NCBI GenBank assembly: GCA_003344405.1
Contig: NOWV01000010.1
Coordinates: 682,001-746,000, forward strand
Direction of reading: 5' to 3'
Length of the DNA stretch: 64,000 nucleotides
Source of the DNA: Trichoplax sp. H2
Lineage: Eukaryota
The notes beneath the pieces were generated by a model. The model searched no databases. It saw only the letters and a program-made list of their open reading frames with translations, and was not told where the DNA came from. Below, piece after piece: positions 13,401 to 28,695 of the stretch (positions within the stretch are counted from its first letter, which is position 1; the number at the start of each line of letters is the position of its first letter). Made by a program: the position numbers and the translations under genes.

Positions 13401-14787
13401 ATTGCCTAAACGCAATATATCATTATATTTTCATTTACAACATGTCACTTTTAGTTTAAATAGTGCACAAAGCTGATGAAGCTGTTAGCACATCCATTAT
13501 AACACCCTTTAGATATTTATTCGTGTTTAGCGTCAATTAAAGACAGACTGATCTACTACAAAGTATGGTGCTATTTGTACGCTTCTTTATTAAACAACTA
13601 TTGTTGAGTAATAATATTTCAGGCTAGAATTTCCTTTAATTCCTTTAATAGCTGGCACAGTAGTACTATTTAGTGAGCAAAAATACGTCATAAGAGTACT
13701 ATTGTAGCTATGTACAGTACATTAGCATATTGCGAAGTACTGTGTATATAATAATTTTTAAATGCTAGCGCATTCCCTTAATATAGTATCGAAATCGAGC
13801 AGTGCCAAAAGCTATAATTGTACTAGTATTATACGTACACCGCTTTATGAGGGTAACCTATATGTGAAAATAATTATTTAAATTACAGATAAATCATCGA
13901 TTCTATTTCAATATACCCGTATACGTACAATGTATAGGGTATCATATCAATTTCAATTTAGATGACTGTCATTGCTCAAGGCTAAGCGTACAGTATCACG
14001 TCAGACCAGTATACTGTACAAGCCCATAACTTTATTGAATTCGAAAAACATTAATTATCATTCCGTAACTATCATGCTACATCCACTAAACTGCTGGAAG
14101 AATCTAATAACGTGAAAATTGATCTAAGTATCAGAAGATAGTACATAGACTACTCGCTAAAGCTAGAACAGTTTAAGAATATGAATTGGGTTGATAATAC
14201 TCTTGTGCAAAGGGGATCCAAATTGGTGACAATACAGTCCATATTAGATTGAATAGTTGCTGAATGAGTTAGTGTGTTTACGTGCAACCTACAGTAAGCT
14301 ATCCACAGTAGACTACAATAGTTTAGAATTGGACACTGGCCTATTTGATGTAATTAACTACTGTACAGTATGTCCACCATTAGTAAATGATTGTTTACAG
14401 GTCCGATTGCAAACTACTGTAAAAATGGTAGCGATAGAATTGTAGAAGTTGTCCGAGACTCCTACGTAGTGTATCGTGCATAATACTACACAGGCAACAA
14501 ATGCTTATAGCGGTGTCTGACATCTCGTGGTATCTTGTCAGTTAGCACCTGATATAGAATCAGCAGCCTCGACATTTTTATTGAACTCATTTGGATGGTT
14601 TCACTGTCCATAGGTCTACAACAGTATTGTGTTCAATGCCAATTCGAGGAATAAAGCCGTTACATAAACGTCTTGGAACTGCACTAGCTATCGCAAAGAG
14701 AGTGAAAGAGCTGCAACCTCCATAATGTATGTACTGTATAGACACACGCATTATATCATCAATACTTACGGTATTATCTGTCGACAT
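10482..14787 (-). CDS. DEK: DEK chromatin protein (SAP and DEK-C domains), multi-exon
   Basis: Exons encode GIYDKPLIQEGARVRKTTDRL...GKGERLGDI, KADTLKPLHRLLFGRPGS, VKRNIRDFRGFNF and DEK-C PPTDSEIEAAITKLLDGADLQNVTIKSVCRE-LLEEFPDIDISSQKDFIKSTIFS-IIN*. The first exon MSTDNT (14770-14787, followed by GTAAGT) is inferred and less certain. Confidence 0.88.
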
Positions 14788-14970
14788 ATTGTAGTGTATC
14801 GGTATTTCTTTGAGAATCAACAGTCGCTTTTCTTGATGTTGGGAAATCCAAATTCTAATTAATCATCATATACGTCTACGTATATAATTCAAAGATTACT
14901 TGGTGTTTTTGCGCCAAACCTCTTTGTTTAGCAATCAGGCAGACCAGGGCTCGGCGGCTTTTGCGAGAGC

Positions 14971-15140
14971 GTACAGTACAGTACAGTACAGTACAGTACA
15001 GTATGACATGTACTGTACACTGTACAGTACTCCTGCAGTAGACAGTTGTACAGTACACTACGTACAGTACAGTGTACAGTACAGTAGAGTACAGTGTATT
15101 GCACTGTATATTACAGTGTAAAGTACTGTAACTGTAGCTG
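14971..15140. promoter_or_regulatory. (CAGTA)n / TACTGTA array upstream of DEK
   Basis: GTACAGTACAGTACAGTACAGTACAGTACAGTA plus further degenerate units, about 190-350 bp 5' of the DEK ATG. Confidence 0.5.
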
Positions 15141-16302
15141 TATCAAGCCTCACTCAACAGTACTCGACAGTTGATTATATAATAATAATTAATTATAATG
15201 TAATGTACAGTACTGTACATAAATCAATTCGAATCAGTCAATCAAAAGGGAAAAAGTTGAATTTTCCTTTCTAGTTTGTGCTGCTTCGCTTTCATAATCA
15301 TCATTCCGTAACTTTTATTTTAGCCTCATACTTGTATCCTTAGTCTCTTGCTCGTGTTCTATCGAATATTAAATTCCTACATACTGTATTAAAATACAAT
15401 ACTATATTACGAATCTAGGTCAAAAAGCGTTCTGGGTTACGCCAGTACAGTACAGTATAGTGCATTAGAGAATGGACTCTATTCAACCACGTGTGATCTT
15501 TAAGGTCAAGAGGTAACTGAATCTGTGACATTGCAAGTTTATCTAGCTGAGAATTCTATTTAGCATTGTTGATAGACTAAAATTGGACATCACGGCTATA
15601 CGCTATGGTGCACTGCATACTGTATTGTAGGAACTACCAAGACTTGAAATCGGTGATTGATACGATATTACTATTTACTTTACCAGGGTACATAATTGCT
15701 TGCAACTTAAAACTTGTCCCAATGGAGTCATGCATGCTGTAGTAATTCCTAATGAATAATATCCCCATGGCCATAAACTAACTGTAAAATTTACAGGAAT
15801 CCGCAAACGCAATATTGATACATTATCCACACAAATAAAATACACTATCAATTTTCAAGATTCAGACTATTTATTGGTTCAAAGTTGTATTATACATTAT
15901 AGTGCGCGGTACATAACATACTTGTACAGCTGGTACCAGACAGTGTAATGACATACTGTAATCTACGTATATAATACTGTCACTACCTACTAATAACCTA
16001 GCACGATAGCAACCTGAGCGTTACTGCATTATACTGTACTGAGTACTCAATACAGTATACGCGTATTCTATCTATAAAGGTAATTATCAAGATTGTTACT
16101 CATATATATTAAAAGTTAATATATAATCCAAAAAATTCATCAGTTACTGTATATAAGATCGGTTCCATTGTATGAGCCATTTACAGAGGTTAAACTAAAC
16201 TATCCTGCATTTCTCCGGATAAAAATTTCTAACACTATCATAATAGATCTACTGTATATCCATTTCTGCAGGAACAGCATATAACAACGGCGGCGGGAAA
16301 AA

Positions 16303-18938
16303 TTATATTTCAGGGATTGAGTGATCCATTTGCTTCTTGACAAGGCTTGATGCCATGCTTCAATTAATATAAAACAAACATTTATTACTAAGATTATCAT
16401 ATTTATAGGTGTTAAAATTGAACATCAATAAGTTAATGGCTTAGACTTACTGTTTCATTATATGATCAAAGATGAAAGTTGGTATAATGGTAACGGTTAC
16501 GGTGCGACCACATGCTTGGAAAATCTTACCAATATCTTTATCCTAAGTTGAAAAATAAAGAAGATACCTTCTCGTTAATGTCATTAAAAAACTATGAAGC
16601 CTTTCATAGGTAGCACATTAGTGATCTAGACCAAGATCTACAGTATCAATTTGAAAATTTAACACTACCATTAGATGGTAATACGAACCTTCATACCAAC
16701 AACATTTTGACCGTCAACTTCGACTAGATTATGTTCTGTCAAGATACCATTTCTGAAATTGAAGAAAAAGACTTTCTTAGCTACATTCCATTGGCTTATA
16801 CCTTGGATGTAAGCAATTACTTAATAGCTTCAAAACTAGAACTACCTGGCAGCTGATGAATCTTTCACGATGTGAGTCACCTTTCCATTCTTGAAAACAA
16901 AACCGATATTACCATCGCTATTCTTTTGTAAGGTGATTGTACGTTCAAAAGGCCTAAGCAACAAAAAAAATAATTAATAACTATAGCCACTGATTAATAT
17001 CATGATATTAACCCTTACCTATCTCTTACTGCAAGTTCAATTCTATCTGAAGTAGCATTTTTGAAAAATTTCATAGCTTTGTCAGTACTGAGACCAGCTA
17101 AATTTTGACCATTGATCTATATACGATAAACAGTCGATATGGAGATACGGGGTTATGATAAATCACGCATACGTGGTAAATACAATATGTTCATTAGCTG
17201 TATCATTGAATATATAATTGATCAAGTTACCTGCAAAATTTGGTCACCAAAACGAAGGCCACCCATGGCAGCTGCAGAATTTGCACTTACAAATTGCACA
17301 AAGATTCCATTATTGACGTTACGAACCCTCAACCCAAGCTTGTTCTTGTTGTCTTTAGCAAGGATTACCATGCGGATACCTTGTTTAACCTCAGCCCTTC
17401 TAATACCGACAGCATCTCCGCTAACTGGAGCAACAACTTGTCGGTTCGTGTTTGCTGGAACGGCAACTTGGTTATTGACGTTGGTTGGTAGCATTTGCTG
17501 CAAGATATCCAATATAGTTTTTTAATACGTGTATTATGATACTTACTTCTAACAGTTGATAATACTCTGCAAAAAACGGTCTAAAATCTACCTGTTGAAC
17601 TTCTGGTGGGACATTAGTCAAATCGAGACCCATGTATTCCTGAAGCGATGGATACAAGCTTGGAGTCCGATTGGTTGGGATGCTACCAGGAATTGGTGCC
17701 TGACCAGCAGGAAGAGCCTTTAAAATGGAAGAAAATGAATTTTTTTACTTTTATAACCTCAATTCCATACGAATTTTATACAGTCGTAGACCGGGAGTGT
17801 TAATAATTACATATACATATAGCGTTCCATAGGACTTATATACGTCTTTACACTTTTAAAATTAGCACCTCAAGTAAGCAACAGTAGGATGTTTAAAACA
17901 GTATCGCAAAGGGTCATACCGTATAGCATACCCCACCCACAAGACATAAACCTTAATATATGACGTCATTAATAACGAGTTACATACTGTGACTGTACAG
18001 TACTGTACTGTACTGAATAAGGTTATTATTCAGTCAATTTACTGTACTACTGGTACAAGTGTCCATGCAGTATCTCATGTCTTTCGGAACCTTGCTCAAA
18101 TCTAGTCACTCTAGTGTACCGCACATCTCGTAGCTACGCAATCCAAAATAACCAACACTATGTAATCACAGCAATAAAATGCTATTCCTAGGAAAAGGCA
18201 ACGACTACTAGAAAGAGACTAGTCCTTGGAAAGGGTAATGGGATCAATGCTGATCCAAGTAATACAATAAAGCAAACTGTACAGTAAACAGCGAAGTAGC
18301 CTTCTAATGGAAGTTTTATCCACTAAAAAAATCGTCCCGTCTACATTTATGCCTTTGGTTACAGTTAAAAAATTACAAGAAATCACTGATCAATAATTAT
18401 TCTAGTAACCACTAAAGGGTTTCAGATGTGGGGTTTTAGTAATTAAGCACGACATGCACAATAACTTTAAAGGATCCAAGTTTTCGAGTCAATGTTGATT
18501 TCATATTCCCACGTCCTTTTAATGAGGCTTAAATAAATTCTAAAACAGTATTCTCTACAACTCACAAAATACAGTGTAAGGAGTCTACGCAACAGTAAAA
18601 ATCACATTACAACTCTATACTTGATGATGAGATATCGTGAGAAGATCAACATCTTCTTCACTACTCCAATTAAGTGATTATTTCTATCAATAAAAAATGG
18701 TCAAAAAGCATACCGGAGGAGCTGGGGCCTGTTGAGCAGCGTTCACAGCAGCTTGAGCCTTTTAGTAAAGATGAGGAAACGAAAATAGATCAATAAAAAA
18801 CGTAAGACTTGCATACGCTTGAAATACTATTCCAGATAATAAACATTTTTCTCTCAAGCATAACAAGTACCATTTTTCATTTACCTGGATCATTTGATCC
18901 ACTTTCATATCTTCCAATGAAGGGTAAAGAGAAGACAT
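16303..18938 (-). CDS. SDCBP: Syntenin-1 (syndecan-binding protein, tandem PDZ domains)
   Basis: [105 protein letters not shown], ending [21 protein letters not shown] junctions are in frame. Confidence 0.95.
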
Positions 18939-19229
18939 TTTCAATACGAAATTAGTAAAGAAGCGGTAGAAGTTTTGATCAAGACAAAAAAAAGGCCAAA
19001 TTATAAAAGCAGGTTCAGTGACGGAGTCGTTTTATACCTAGCCTTCGGTATCGTACGGTTTGTTTGCTCTTATTACAGCACAACAGACAACAACGCACAT
19101 ACACGCATTACTCACCATACAGTACACTATTGTTCCGATCCGCCTCACTATGTTTGGTCAATTTGGAAGTGGATCAGAAACAAAGCTATTTTTAGTAACA
19201 TTACGTCGTGTCATGCGCAATGTAAAGGT

Positions 19230-19665
19230 AATGTACAGTATTGACTGCCAGTTTACAGTGATACTCCGTACAGTACAGTACTTTCAACCGTATGAAAGGT
19301 TCGTACGGTATAGTGTGCTGTACTACACTCAATCAATAATACTGTATGGTATTACATTGTACTGTACAATCGAATAAATATGGCGTGCAGTCCAGTATCA
19401 TACACAATACTCTAGTGGACTATTAAACAAGATTGCTGTTCACAGTACAATATACTGTACAGTGTACAGTACAGTACTACTAAATTGGAAGAGCTTGGAT
19501 ACGATAGTCTAGTGAGCATAGCTGCTTCGCTTTCAGCTGCCATTTTGCGCATAGAGGTAAATGTAAAACATAAAATAGTGGCTGTTTCTTTTACCTCTAT
19601 GCTTCCCGATAAGTAAAATTGGATCACAATCACCGTGCGGTGCAGTACAGTACTACAGTACGGTA
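19230..19665. promoter_or_regulatory. TACAGTA-rich putative bidirectional promoter between SDCBP (-) and NIPAL (+)
   Basis: Clustered TACAGTAC/TACTGTAC units between divergently oriented genes; CATGCGCA at 19212. Confidence 0.45.
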
Positions 19666-22638
19666 AATAAATAAACGCCGATAGAGTTACGGGTGTGAAT
19701 TTGGGTCCTCCAATCATATACGATAATAAATTGTCAACTTTCACGTAGAAATTGATGATGACGTAGTCTACTACAGTAGACATTTTTAGGGTGGTGGAAA
19801 TTCGAAAATAAACGAATACATGGAGAAAACCAATTATAGTTCTTAAAAATTTCCCTATTATTAATTTCAACCTTACCGCTCTCTCTATATAACAGCGCTT
19901 TATCTTAGAATGATAATAATAAATAGGACAAATGGCATTTAAACTATTTGAATTAACAGCCGTACTGTAATTCACGATATTTACAGTAGTCCAGCGAACT
20001 AAATTCGAGCTAGTATAATTTTGCTGTGTATTTTACCTATAAATGGCTAGCTGTACTGTTAGACTAGTGCAACCATGACAATCATCAAATTCCACTGATA
20101 CTATGATGCACGACTAGCTTAATATTAATTCGTCTAAGATGCTGTAAATGGAAGCGTGATTATATCATTATTTGTTTTCATTGTGGATAAAGAACTTTGT
20201 ACCCTACACCTTGCTTGCAAATGTAACCTGCTTGTTTAATTTCAATCCCACTGTTCATATATACTAAATAGAACTAAATTCTGAGGATTATAAAAGTGTG
20301 ATATCACCAATATGTCTAACAGATCGTATTTGATTGATATTTGTCTTATTTTACCACAGGTTTATGCAAGTATAATTAGCACTATCACAGGGCGGGTTGC
20401 TGTTCGTTTACGTGATTTTACAGTATACTCAAATTAGTATTACTGTATCAGCTAGTAATAAAGTTATTTACTCTACAGTCTTCGTAGACCCCAAATAGAA
20501 TATAGCCGATACTGTACTTTATTTAGCCAAAAGTTGTATTTCTATGTGTGGCATACTGTGCGGGCACATTTTACAGTAGAAATGCTGACCAGCAAGTTAC
20601 AGTACCCTGTATAGCTGCTAATGCTGTGTACAGTCCAATTATCGAAAGAATCAAGTGAAAAATACGAAATAAAAATATGTGTAGTATTTTCTAAAGGAGA
20701 ATTAATAAAAATTGTGCTGCATACCTTTACAATTTATATGAGCAGGATACGTATGGATTGTATACAGTATTTACAAAATCACAACAATGGGCGGTTTTCT
20801 TCTCTTATTTTATGTATCGAGAAGTCCCTGCGGTATATTGGCTCCCCATTGGTTCTATATCGCTTTAGGGTGTACGTAGCCGCTACGTTCTTTGATTAAT
20901 ATATTTCGGCAAGGGATATTCAAATCCCATAAAGCTAAACCTCATCATAGATATGGTACCTATGAGTATGCGAGTTGCAATCAACAGAAACTCTTAACCT
21001 TAACTAATGAATATAGAGATGTTGAGTTCATAAATTACGGCAGTGCAAATTCAGTAATACGACGAATAGATCACTCTGCTGTATACACGAGTACGTTCTA
21101 GATGTTAATAATTTCTGAGCTTAATACCGCAATTACATCACTAGTAAATTAGAGATTAACTATTCAACTTCGATAGTTGCACTGCTCTATCTAGATAAAA
21201 AAAGACTGCAAAATGTTTACTGCCATGAATAACCACGAGATATTACACTGCAGATATTTTCATTGCATAATATACAAAATACAACAATTAATTAAAATTC
21301 TAAATTAATTTTAGATCTACAATGTTGCATAATATCTAGTAGTATCTCCACTTAATTAGAGCACTAGTAAAAGTATGCATTATGAACGTATACAGTAATT
21401 CCTCATTACTGCAAATATAATCTATATGACTAGATAATTTATAATCATTAGCACCATCATACAACCAACGACTACTACAAGAAAGATGCAACATAGGCTA
21501 TACTCGTTATATAGGATGATTCTTGAAACGATTCCATTTTTATAGATTTAAAAATAAACTCATTCGTCATCGAAAGCAATGTTTAGAAATGATTAGAATG
21601 ATGTAAGGGTGTGCATATGACACACGTGAGAATATAATTTGTATAAATATAAAGCTGCCAACATACAGCCGAGATAGATATTATTACGGCTCCAAAATAC
21701 TACCTACGTTTACGTAAATGTATAATACAAATAAAAACACTACAGGTAGTAGACATAATTCATGAATCAGATATTTTTGATTTTGTTACTACGAAATAGA
21801 TTTCTGTATAACGGTATAATATCTTAGTCCATTTTTATCCATCCATATCTCGGTAAAAATAGCTAGATTACGAAGGACGTATAGTACAATATAGATGTGC
21901 AATTATGACGAATAAATCTTGTATTGTGTCCATAAGTGAGGAATAATAGATTTACTTCTGCTATGTATACTGAAATTACTAACGGTTGCTATAATATCAG
22001 AAAAATGCATGAAATTGATTAGAATAGGTAGATCAGTATGCCATAATTTATTTAATTATATGCAATAACCATATTGAAGCTATCACAACCCATGCTACGA
22101 TTCTATAGGTTATATCTATTGTCCATACAAGTGTACGCACTTGCGGAGTTGTGATGCACGTTAACTGTAATAAAATTAAAATTCCTATACAGTATTATGA
22201 GTTTATGGCCCATTCCTTACATTAATATTAATCTATTACATCAACCGCGTAATTTTATATTTCTTTCATTAATTCATTTGTAGGCAATATAATTATCTGA
22301 ATCTAAGGTATTATGTAGTAAGTAAAAACAAAGAACTATTGGCAACCAAATACGACCGTGCCTATTGTTACTAAACAAACGCAGCCATACTGTACAATAA
22401 TACAATGCAATTCAAATAACGCGTAATATTAGGTTAGTAGTGATTGCATCTTGATGTGAACTAGACTTCAATTACTGCGATATTTATAACTTAGCTTCTC
22501 ATTTTAATGTGTTAAATTAGTTGCAACAGAACAAAGTACTTCATAGCTAGAAGTTTATACTAATAAATACTAATAGATTATATATATTAGGACAAAAAAA
22601 TATTTTTATCGCAGTTAAAGAATAGTATTTGGACAATC

Positions 22639-25600
22639 ATGGTAGTCGATCCGCATAAACCTAAAGCAGGGGTAAGTTGAACTTAAATACGAATAGAATA
22701 ATCGATATAGTAAAATCTTTCGTAAATATCTCTATTAAGGTAAACCACATAGTTTTAAATCAGGCTTACGTTGATAAATTTCTTTCTTATCGAAAGTAGC
22801 CCATGATTCTTTAAAGTATTAGTAACATCGATACAAGCTTCTTTTTCTTTTCTTTTACACATTTGGTGCGTTCAGTAACCATTAATAACTATAATCATCG
22901 TTACTCCCATTTGATCTTATAACTATAAGTTAGCCAACTAGTAACGTATATCAATGTCGTATGTAATAATTTAATGTACTCAGTACAATTTGATCACTTG
23001 GATTATTGTGTTACTACTTTCCTAAAGCCAAATAGCAATATCAGCTTTTAGGTTTTTTATTCGCCTGCTAGATATCTAGTATTTATCTATCTTACAGCTA
23101 TTCAGTTAAGCTACAGAAAAATCCCTTCCGATTCGATCTTTCCGTCACGTTCAAAAAGTTAATGCTTTAGCAATGTATAATACCAATACTCATTTAAAGA
23201 TCGCACAGCTAATCTCATCAAGAGGGAAAAATTAAAAGGATCCCCAATCCAATTTTGATTCCGTCATCAATTTTCAAGATGGAAGAGAGAACGTATACGT
23301 TTACGAAAACGTCGACTGTTGATTATTTATTTGCCTTCATTTTTTCAGTATCAAGTCATTGTCCGTATGTGAAAAGACAGGCTATGGTCTATTCTTGTGC
23401 TTATGCTCCTATTCAATTTGAATTCTCACATGAACCAAAAATATAATGCTACAATTTTTGGTCTAGTATTAAGTAGTGATTAATATCTAAATCATTCGAA
23501 TTTTTTACTAGAAGGTAAAATGTAATAAGATTTACTTTAATAATCGCTGATAAAAATAAAATAGGATAGACCATATGTTGTCTTTTACTATGATGCATGG
23601 AATATTAGTGAAGTAAACCTAGTTGACCACTTGTTGCTAGCATAGGTTTCTTGCATCATATATAGTAACGTATGTATCTATGAACAATATCAAAGCAAAT
23701 CCCCAATGAATTCGATGTTTAATGAGTTAGCTCCCTAATGATTTAACCGATTAATTTTTTCAGCGTTCTCGTAAAATTAACTGAATCGCGTCTCATTTGA
23801 GATTTTCTAGAAGCGTGTTTTTTCTATTTTCATTCATTATTACGAACACGCAAACATGTTACTCTTATGACAATCAAACATAAGATGAGTATAGGTATAC
23901 TTACAACCTGCTCTATAAATCAAATTGCTATAGTATTACCGTTTCACATATACACATTTGCTGCCGATTTCATTCTAGCCATTTTCCTATTTCTATACTG
24001 ACGCACCATCTATATACGCGCATAATTTTTCTGGCTTAAGCCTTTGCAGAAATTATTGCAATTCGCTTGAAACAACTACGTCCAATTTATGAATATTCTG
24101 AGGTTTTATAATGAGAATTAAAAACTGATGATAATTGACGAATCAGAAAATCGATCTACCTCTTCTGAAAGATGTCGTATATCTACGGTGTATAGTAATA
24201 TATATTGCGATAACAAAGCAAGCAGTAATTGCCTAGGATAAAGACAGTTTTTACTTGTTTTATACTTACGAATAATTGGGAAAATGTAAATAAAGTGATA
24301 GTCTGTAATCTATATTCTGTAAACTTACTCTTGCGCTTGATTCTTATTCTACAATAGGGAATTATAGTTGGAATTTCTCTAGCAATAGTAGCTAGCGTCG
24401 TCATAAGTATTGCCTTAAATTTGCAGGTAAGGTTTTAGCATGCCGTAATTGATGATAAAAGTATATCTAAGTACATCTATGTAATGTCTATTTTATGAAA
24501 TATAAATATATCTGTGTATTGACCACAATTTATACCGATACCTTAGAGTTGACAAAAAATCAAATATCGAATTTGTCATAATCATCTTGAAAGTCTACTT
24601 AACTTTTTTACTATAAAATATCATGCTGCTGCTCACAAACGTTGAAGTTAATAAATATCAGATGTATTGAGCTGTATAGGTCCGTAGAAAGACATATCAC
24701 ACAATGATCACATAGATAATAGAAATGCACACTATCCTACTCTAAGTATCACCATCATTTAAGTATTTATACACTAGTCTTTGATTTTTATTATAACTAG
24801 TTGTATTTTAACTTTGCTGATTCTGCCATAAATACTAACCAAGTACTAAACTTATAATATATAGCAATAAATTTATTCTATACCACTATCGCCCTTTTGA
24901 TAGAAATATGCTCACAACCGCTTAAAGGATTTTGAAGACCAAAATTACTTAAAGAGTAAGATATGGTGGTAAGTAATTCATCTAAATAAAAAAATAGTTG
25001 CAAATTTAGTAGTCAATCTACTACTTAATGAAATATCTTATCTCTTCATAAAATAGGCTCGGGATGATATTACTAGTTTCTGGTGAATTCGGAAATTTCA
25101 TAGCTTACGGTTTTGCACCAGCGACTATTGTAGCACCACTAGGTGCTATGACTATAGTAGGTTAGTAAATACGTCAGACTTCCTAAGTTTGATCTCAGCA
25201 AATGATAACACTACAATCTTTATTGTCATTACATAGCAAATGTTGTCATTGCTCACGTTTTTCTGAAAGAATTGTTAAGAGTACGAGATTTATTCGGTAA
25301 GGCTAATACTTTTCGAATATAGAATAGTCTGGATACGTGTATTATAGCTATAGTAGTACATTATTTAACACGTTCGTGATTCATTAAGGCTTTTAATGCC
25401 GTTGTTAATTTATATTGCAACACTTACTGTCAAATTTCATTTGCTAATCACGTCTGATTAGGTATCGTACTTGTAGTTGTGGGAGCCTTTCTCATAGTCA
25501 ACTTTGCTGGCAGGGTAAGAATTCAGGAGAATTCGTTAAAATATCTACTAATTATTAATAATAAACGATAGAGTTAAATTTTATTTTATTGTTTATATAC

Positions 25601-28140
25601 TGTGTATTAATTGAAATAACATATTAATAATAATAATAATAATAATTGCGATTACTTCTGTCTGTGTTTACCGCAATTATTCAATTTTGTCTTTACTTTG
25701 TATTAATAATATAATCTAAAAGCATAATTTAATAAACTGTGCTAATTTTTATTTTAGTAAAACGACAGGTCTCTGTAATATAATTTTAATTTTGATAAAT
25801 AGAAAAATCCCATTTTAAATGGTGCACAATTAGGTCAACTACTTCTTAAAGTTCCATTTATAATTTACTTGGTAAGGATAACTAATGGTGAAATTTACAG
25901 TTACAGTAGTTGACGAGATCTTATTATGAATTCATATCATTGTGTACTATAACGCTTATTACTGTATTTTTCTAATAAATTCTAGACATCAGAAACTATA
26001 CTTTTCATAGTATTATTTTTCATGGAATGGAGATATAAGAAGCATAATGTATTTGTTTTATTAATTATGGCATCATTACTTGGTAAGTTTCTAATATAAA
26101 TTTTGAATACTACTGTACGAAGCCGCGATCTAAAAGATTATTTGGACAAATTATTTGTATCGTTAAATAAATAAGTATAATTATTAATAATCTCCATTAA
26201 TTTTTCTTATAGCTTCATTAACTATTATAACTGCGAAAGGAGTATCATCTATGATGGCTCTTACACTTTCTGGTCATAGTCAATTTAATCAACCAATTTT
26301 GTATGTCTTTGTAATAATATTGGGGGCTACAGCGGCACTTCAAATAAAGTATGTTCATCATACTTTACAGATAAAATGATAACTTAAAAGCACCTTCAAT
26401 CGAAAATTTTTTTCTAGTAAATAATACAGTATTATTGATACCAAACATATTTCTACTTATCACCTAAATTCTGTAGATTCATAAATCTTGCTCTTGCATA
26501 CAACGATGTTTCTGTGGTCGTACCCGTCAACTATGTATTTTTTTCTTTAAGTGCAATTATGGCAGGTAATTTAATCTATGAAGTTGTATTTTATTATCTA
26601 AATAATACGTAATTATTAATTTGTATCTTTTTCTTTATAGGCATTATGTATTATAATGAATTTGGCAGTGCCCGCGGAATTAATATTATTATGTTTATTT
26701 TCGGGTAAATTGAATTACAGCTAAAGTTATAGCGTAATTCGTTACGTACGAGTAAATACTATAAGATTTATGGCATATTAAATGAACTTTGATTACAAAT
26801 TCTATGGTAATACTAAGCGAACACTTACAATAATCTTTCACAAATTATTACCGATTAGCATGTTTGATATAGCCAAAATGTAGTCCTATGGTTTTAATCC
26901 ATGACTGAGACATAGATCTAAATCAGAAACTAAACGTCGAAAACTGCATATTCTACAAGTCTTACTGATCTTTCCTTTACTATAGCTTTAGATAAATTCC
27001 ATTCCCGAGGCCAAGCTTTACATAAACTCCATTCTTAATACAAATTTTCATTAAATTCTAGTTATAATAAAATAAGCAGCGATATAGTTATTGATTTTGT
27101 GATCGAATCTTGAATAGAATCTAAATACAAATTATTCTATTTTTATAATTTCTGATACTATAATAGTCCGACTTTCCTCAAAATAAACAAGCTCATTTAT
27201 AATCATAAAATACAGTAACGTACCTTCTTTAAGCCTATATCTTGCTACACGAAATAATCATGAATCCAATCTAGAGTATATCATATCCCATTACACTGTA
27301 TTTTAAGCTCCAGACCATCACCATCTTAGTTTCAGCCTTTTTTAGAGTCCTCTTTACTAATTCACTCATTTTTTATCTATAGCTAATTATTTTTAAGTGT
27401 ATTTCTATGCAACGTATATCAAAGCGCATTAACATATGATCCATATCGAGTTGACATTCTTTAACCGTAGTACTGGATATTTTTGTTGTTGCGGGATACA
27501 AGATAAACGTAAAGTATTTCAATTTTTATAGGTGCTGTTTATCATTTTTTGGCATATATATCATTTCTGGCGATCGGTCTAATGCAGATTCAAAGGAATA
27601 TAGTAAAGTTGACAAAGATGGTTCAGACTCAGAAGAGCTACTGCTTGGTGAAAAGAAAAATGGAGATATTAAAAGTGTGTTCAATGAGATTTATCTAAAA
27701 TTAACTATTATTTCTTGTACACTTCAAATAAAAAAACGATATACTGTGTCAAGTATACCATAATCTCATACAACCAATACTATTTCATTCCTAGCACCAT
27801 TGTTTGAGTTATAAACTCAAATACATGCTATTTAGTAATGATTGAGCTTCTTTTTTTAATATAGAATATGTCGGAGGAGAAGTTTTAACATACTGTCAAC
27901 CAGAAGTAGAAGAAGAAGAAGCAGGTATATTACCATGGAAGAATAGATCTTGCAGTAGATCTCAAATTTTGGGCTAATACGACTAATTTATATGCATCGC
28001 TTCAAATTTATATTATCAAAACAGATAAATTTATTCCCAAGTCTGATGTTCATAAGCCGCATCCAATACAGCCATACACAAAGCCATCATCATCTGCAGC
28101 AATTACGCGTGGAATCGTCCCTACAAAAGAAAAAAATTAG
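22639..28140 (+). CDS. NIPA-like (NIPAL2/NIPAL3 type) putative Mg2+ transporter, DMT superfamily, many short exons
   Basis: MVVDPHKPKAG-GIIVGISLAIVASVVISIALNLQ-KYAHNRL...YLKSKIWW-LGMILLVSGEFGNFIAYGFAPATIVAPLGAMTIV...ASLTIITAKGVSSM...VVVPVNYVFFSLSAIMAGIMYYNEF; stop TAG at 28138-28140. Vertebrate NIPAL2 and NIPAL3 cannot be told apart from this. Confidence 0.88.
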
Positions 28141-28695
28141 GCAATTACTCATTTCAGTCAATGTTCCACTTCACATTACTAGGGATAGACGCTGTATAGT
28201 ATAATTGATGAAAATAATTAATTAATTCAACTTGTTCAGTTTCTGTCAAAATATAATTAGCAGTTGCTGATAAAACTAAATTCTATCTGAAAGATTCGTA
28301 AGGTAGCGAATGAATTGTTCAAAAAAAAGTATAAGGATCGTGATATCGTCTATTATGTTAACTGTTATAGCGATCACAAATGCTGCCAAAACAAAATAAG
28401 TCTAATATTCTGAATATGTAATGCCAATTTTATTTGTTTTCAGAGTATTTTATTTATTTTATTTATTGACTAAATTATATGCTCAGAGCTTTAAATAATA
28501 ATTCTATTCGAGAATACGTATTTTATTTTTAGGCTATATGATAAAAGTTCTATACGGTTGAAATTAATATAGGCTAGAATAAGTTTGATGCCCAATAGAC
28601 AATAATATCAAGCGAGCTTCTAAATAGCCATAATACGGGATATGCTTATAAGCGTATTTAGGTAGGATTGTATTCAAAATTTGTTATACCTATAC

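Noticed and set aside
15280-15294. Exact 15-mer GCTGCTTCGCTTTCA repeated at 19521-19535, both near arrays
   Set aside because: One or a few 15-mer matches are expected by chance in 64 kb, and the similarity does not extend into the flanks.
17139-17525. Plus-strand ORFs over SDCBP (and similar ones over laminin, e.g. 57349-57729)
   Set aside because: Antisense shadows of real coding exons.
19412-19975. 187-aa minus-strand ORF in the SDCBP/NIPAL intergenic region
   Set aside because: Non-ATG start, no recognisable domain, and it overlaps promoter repeats.
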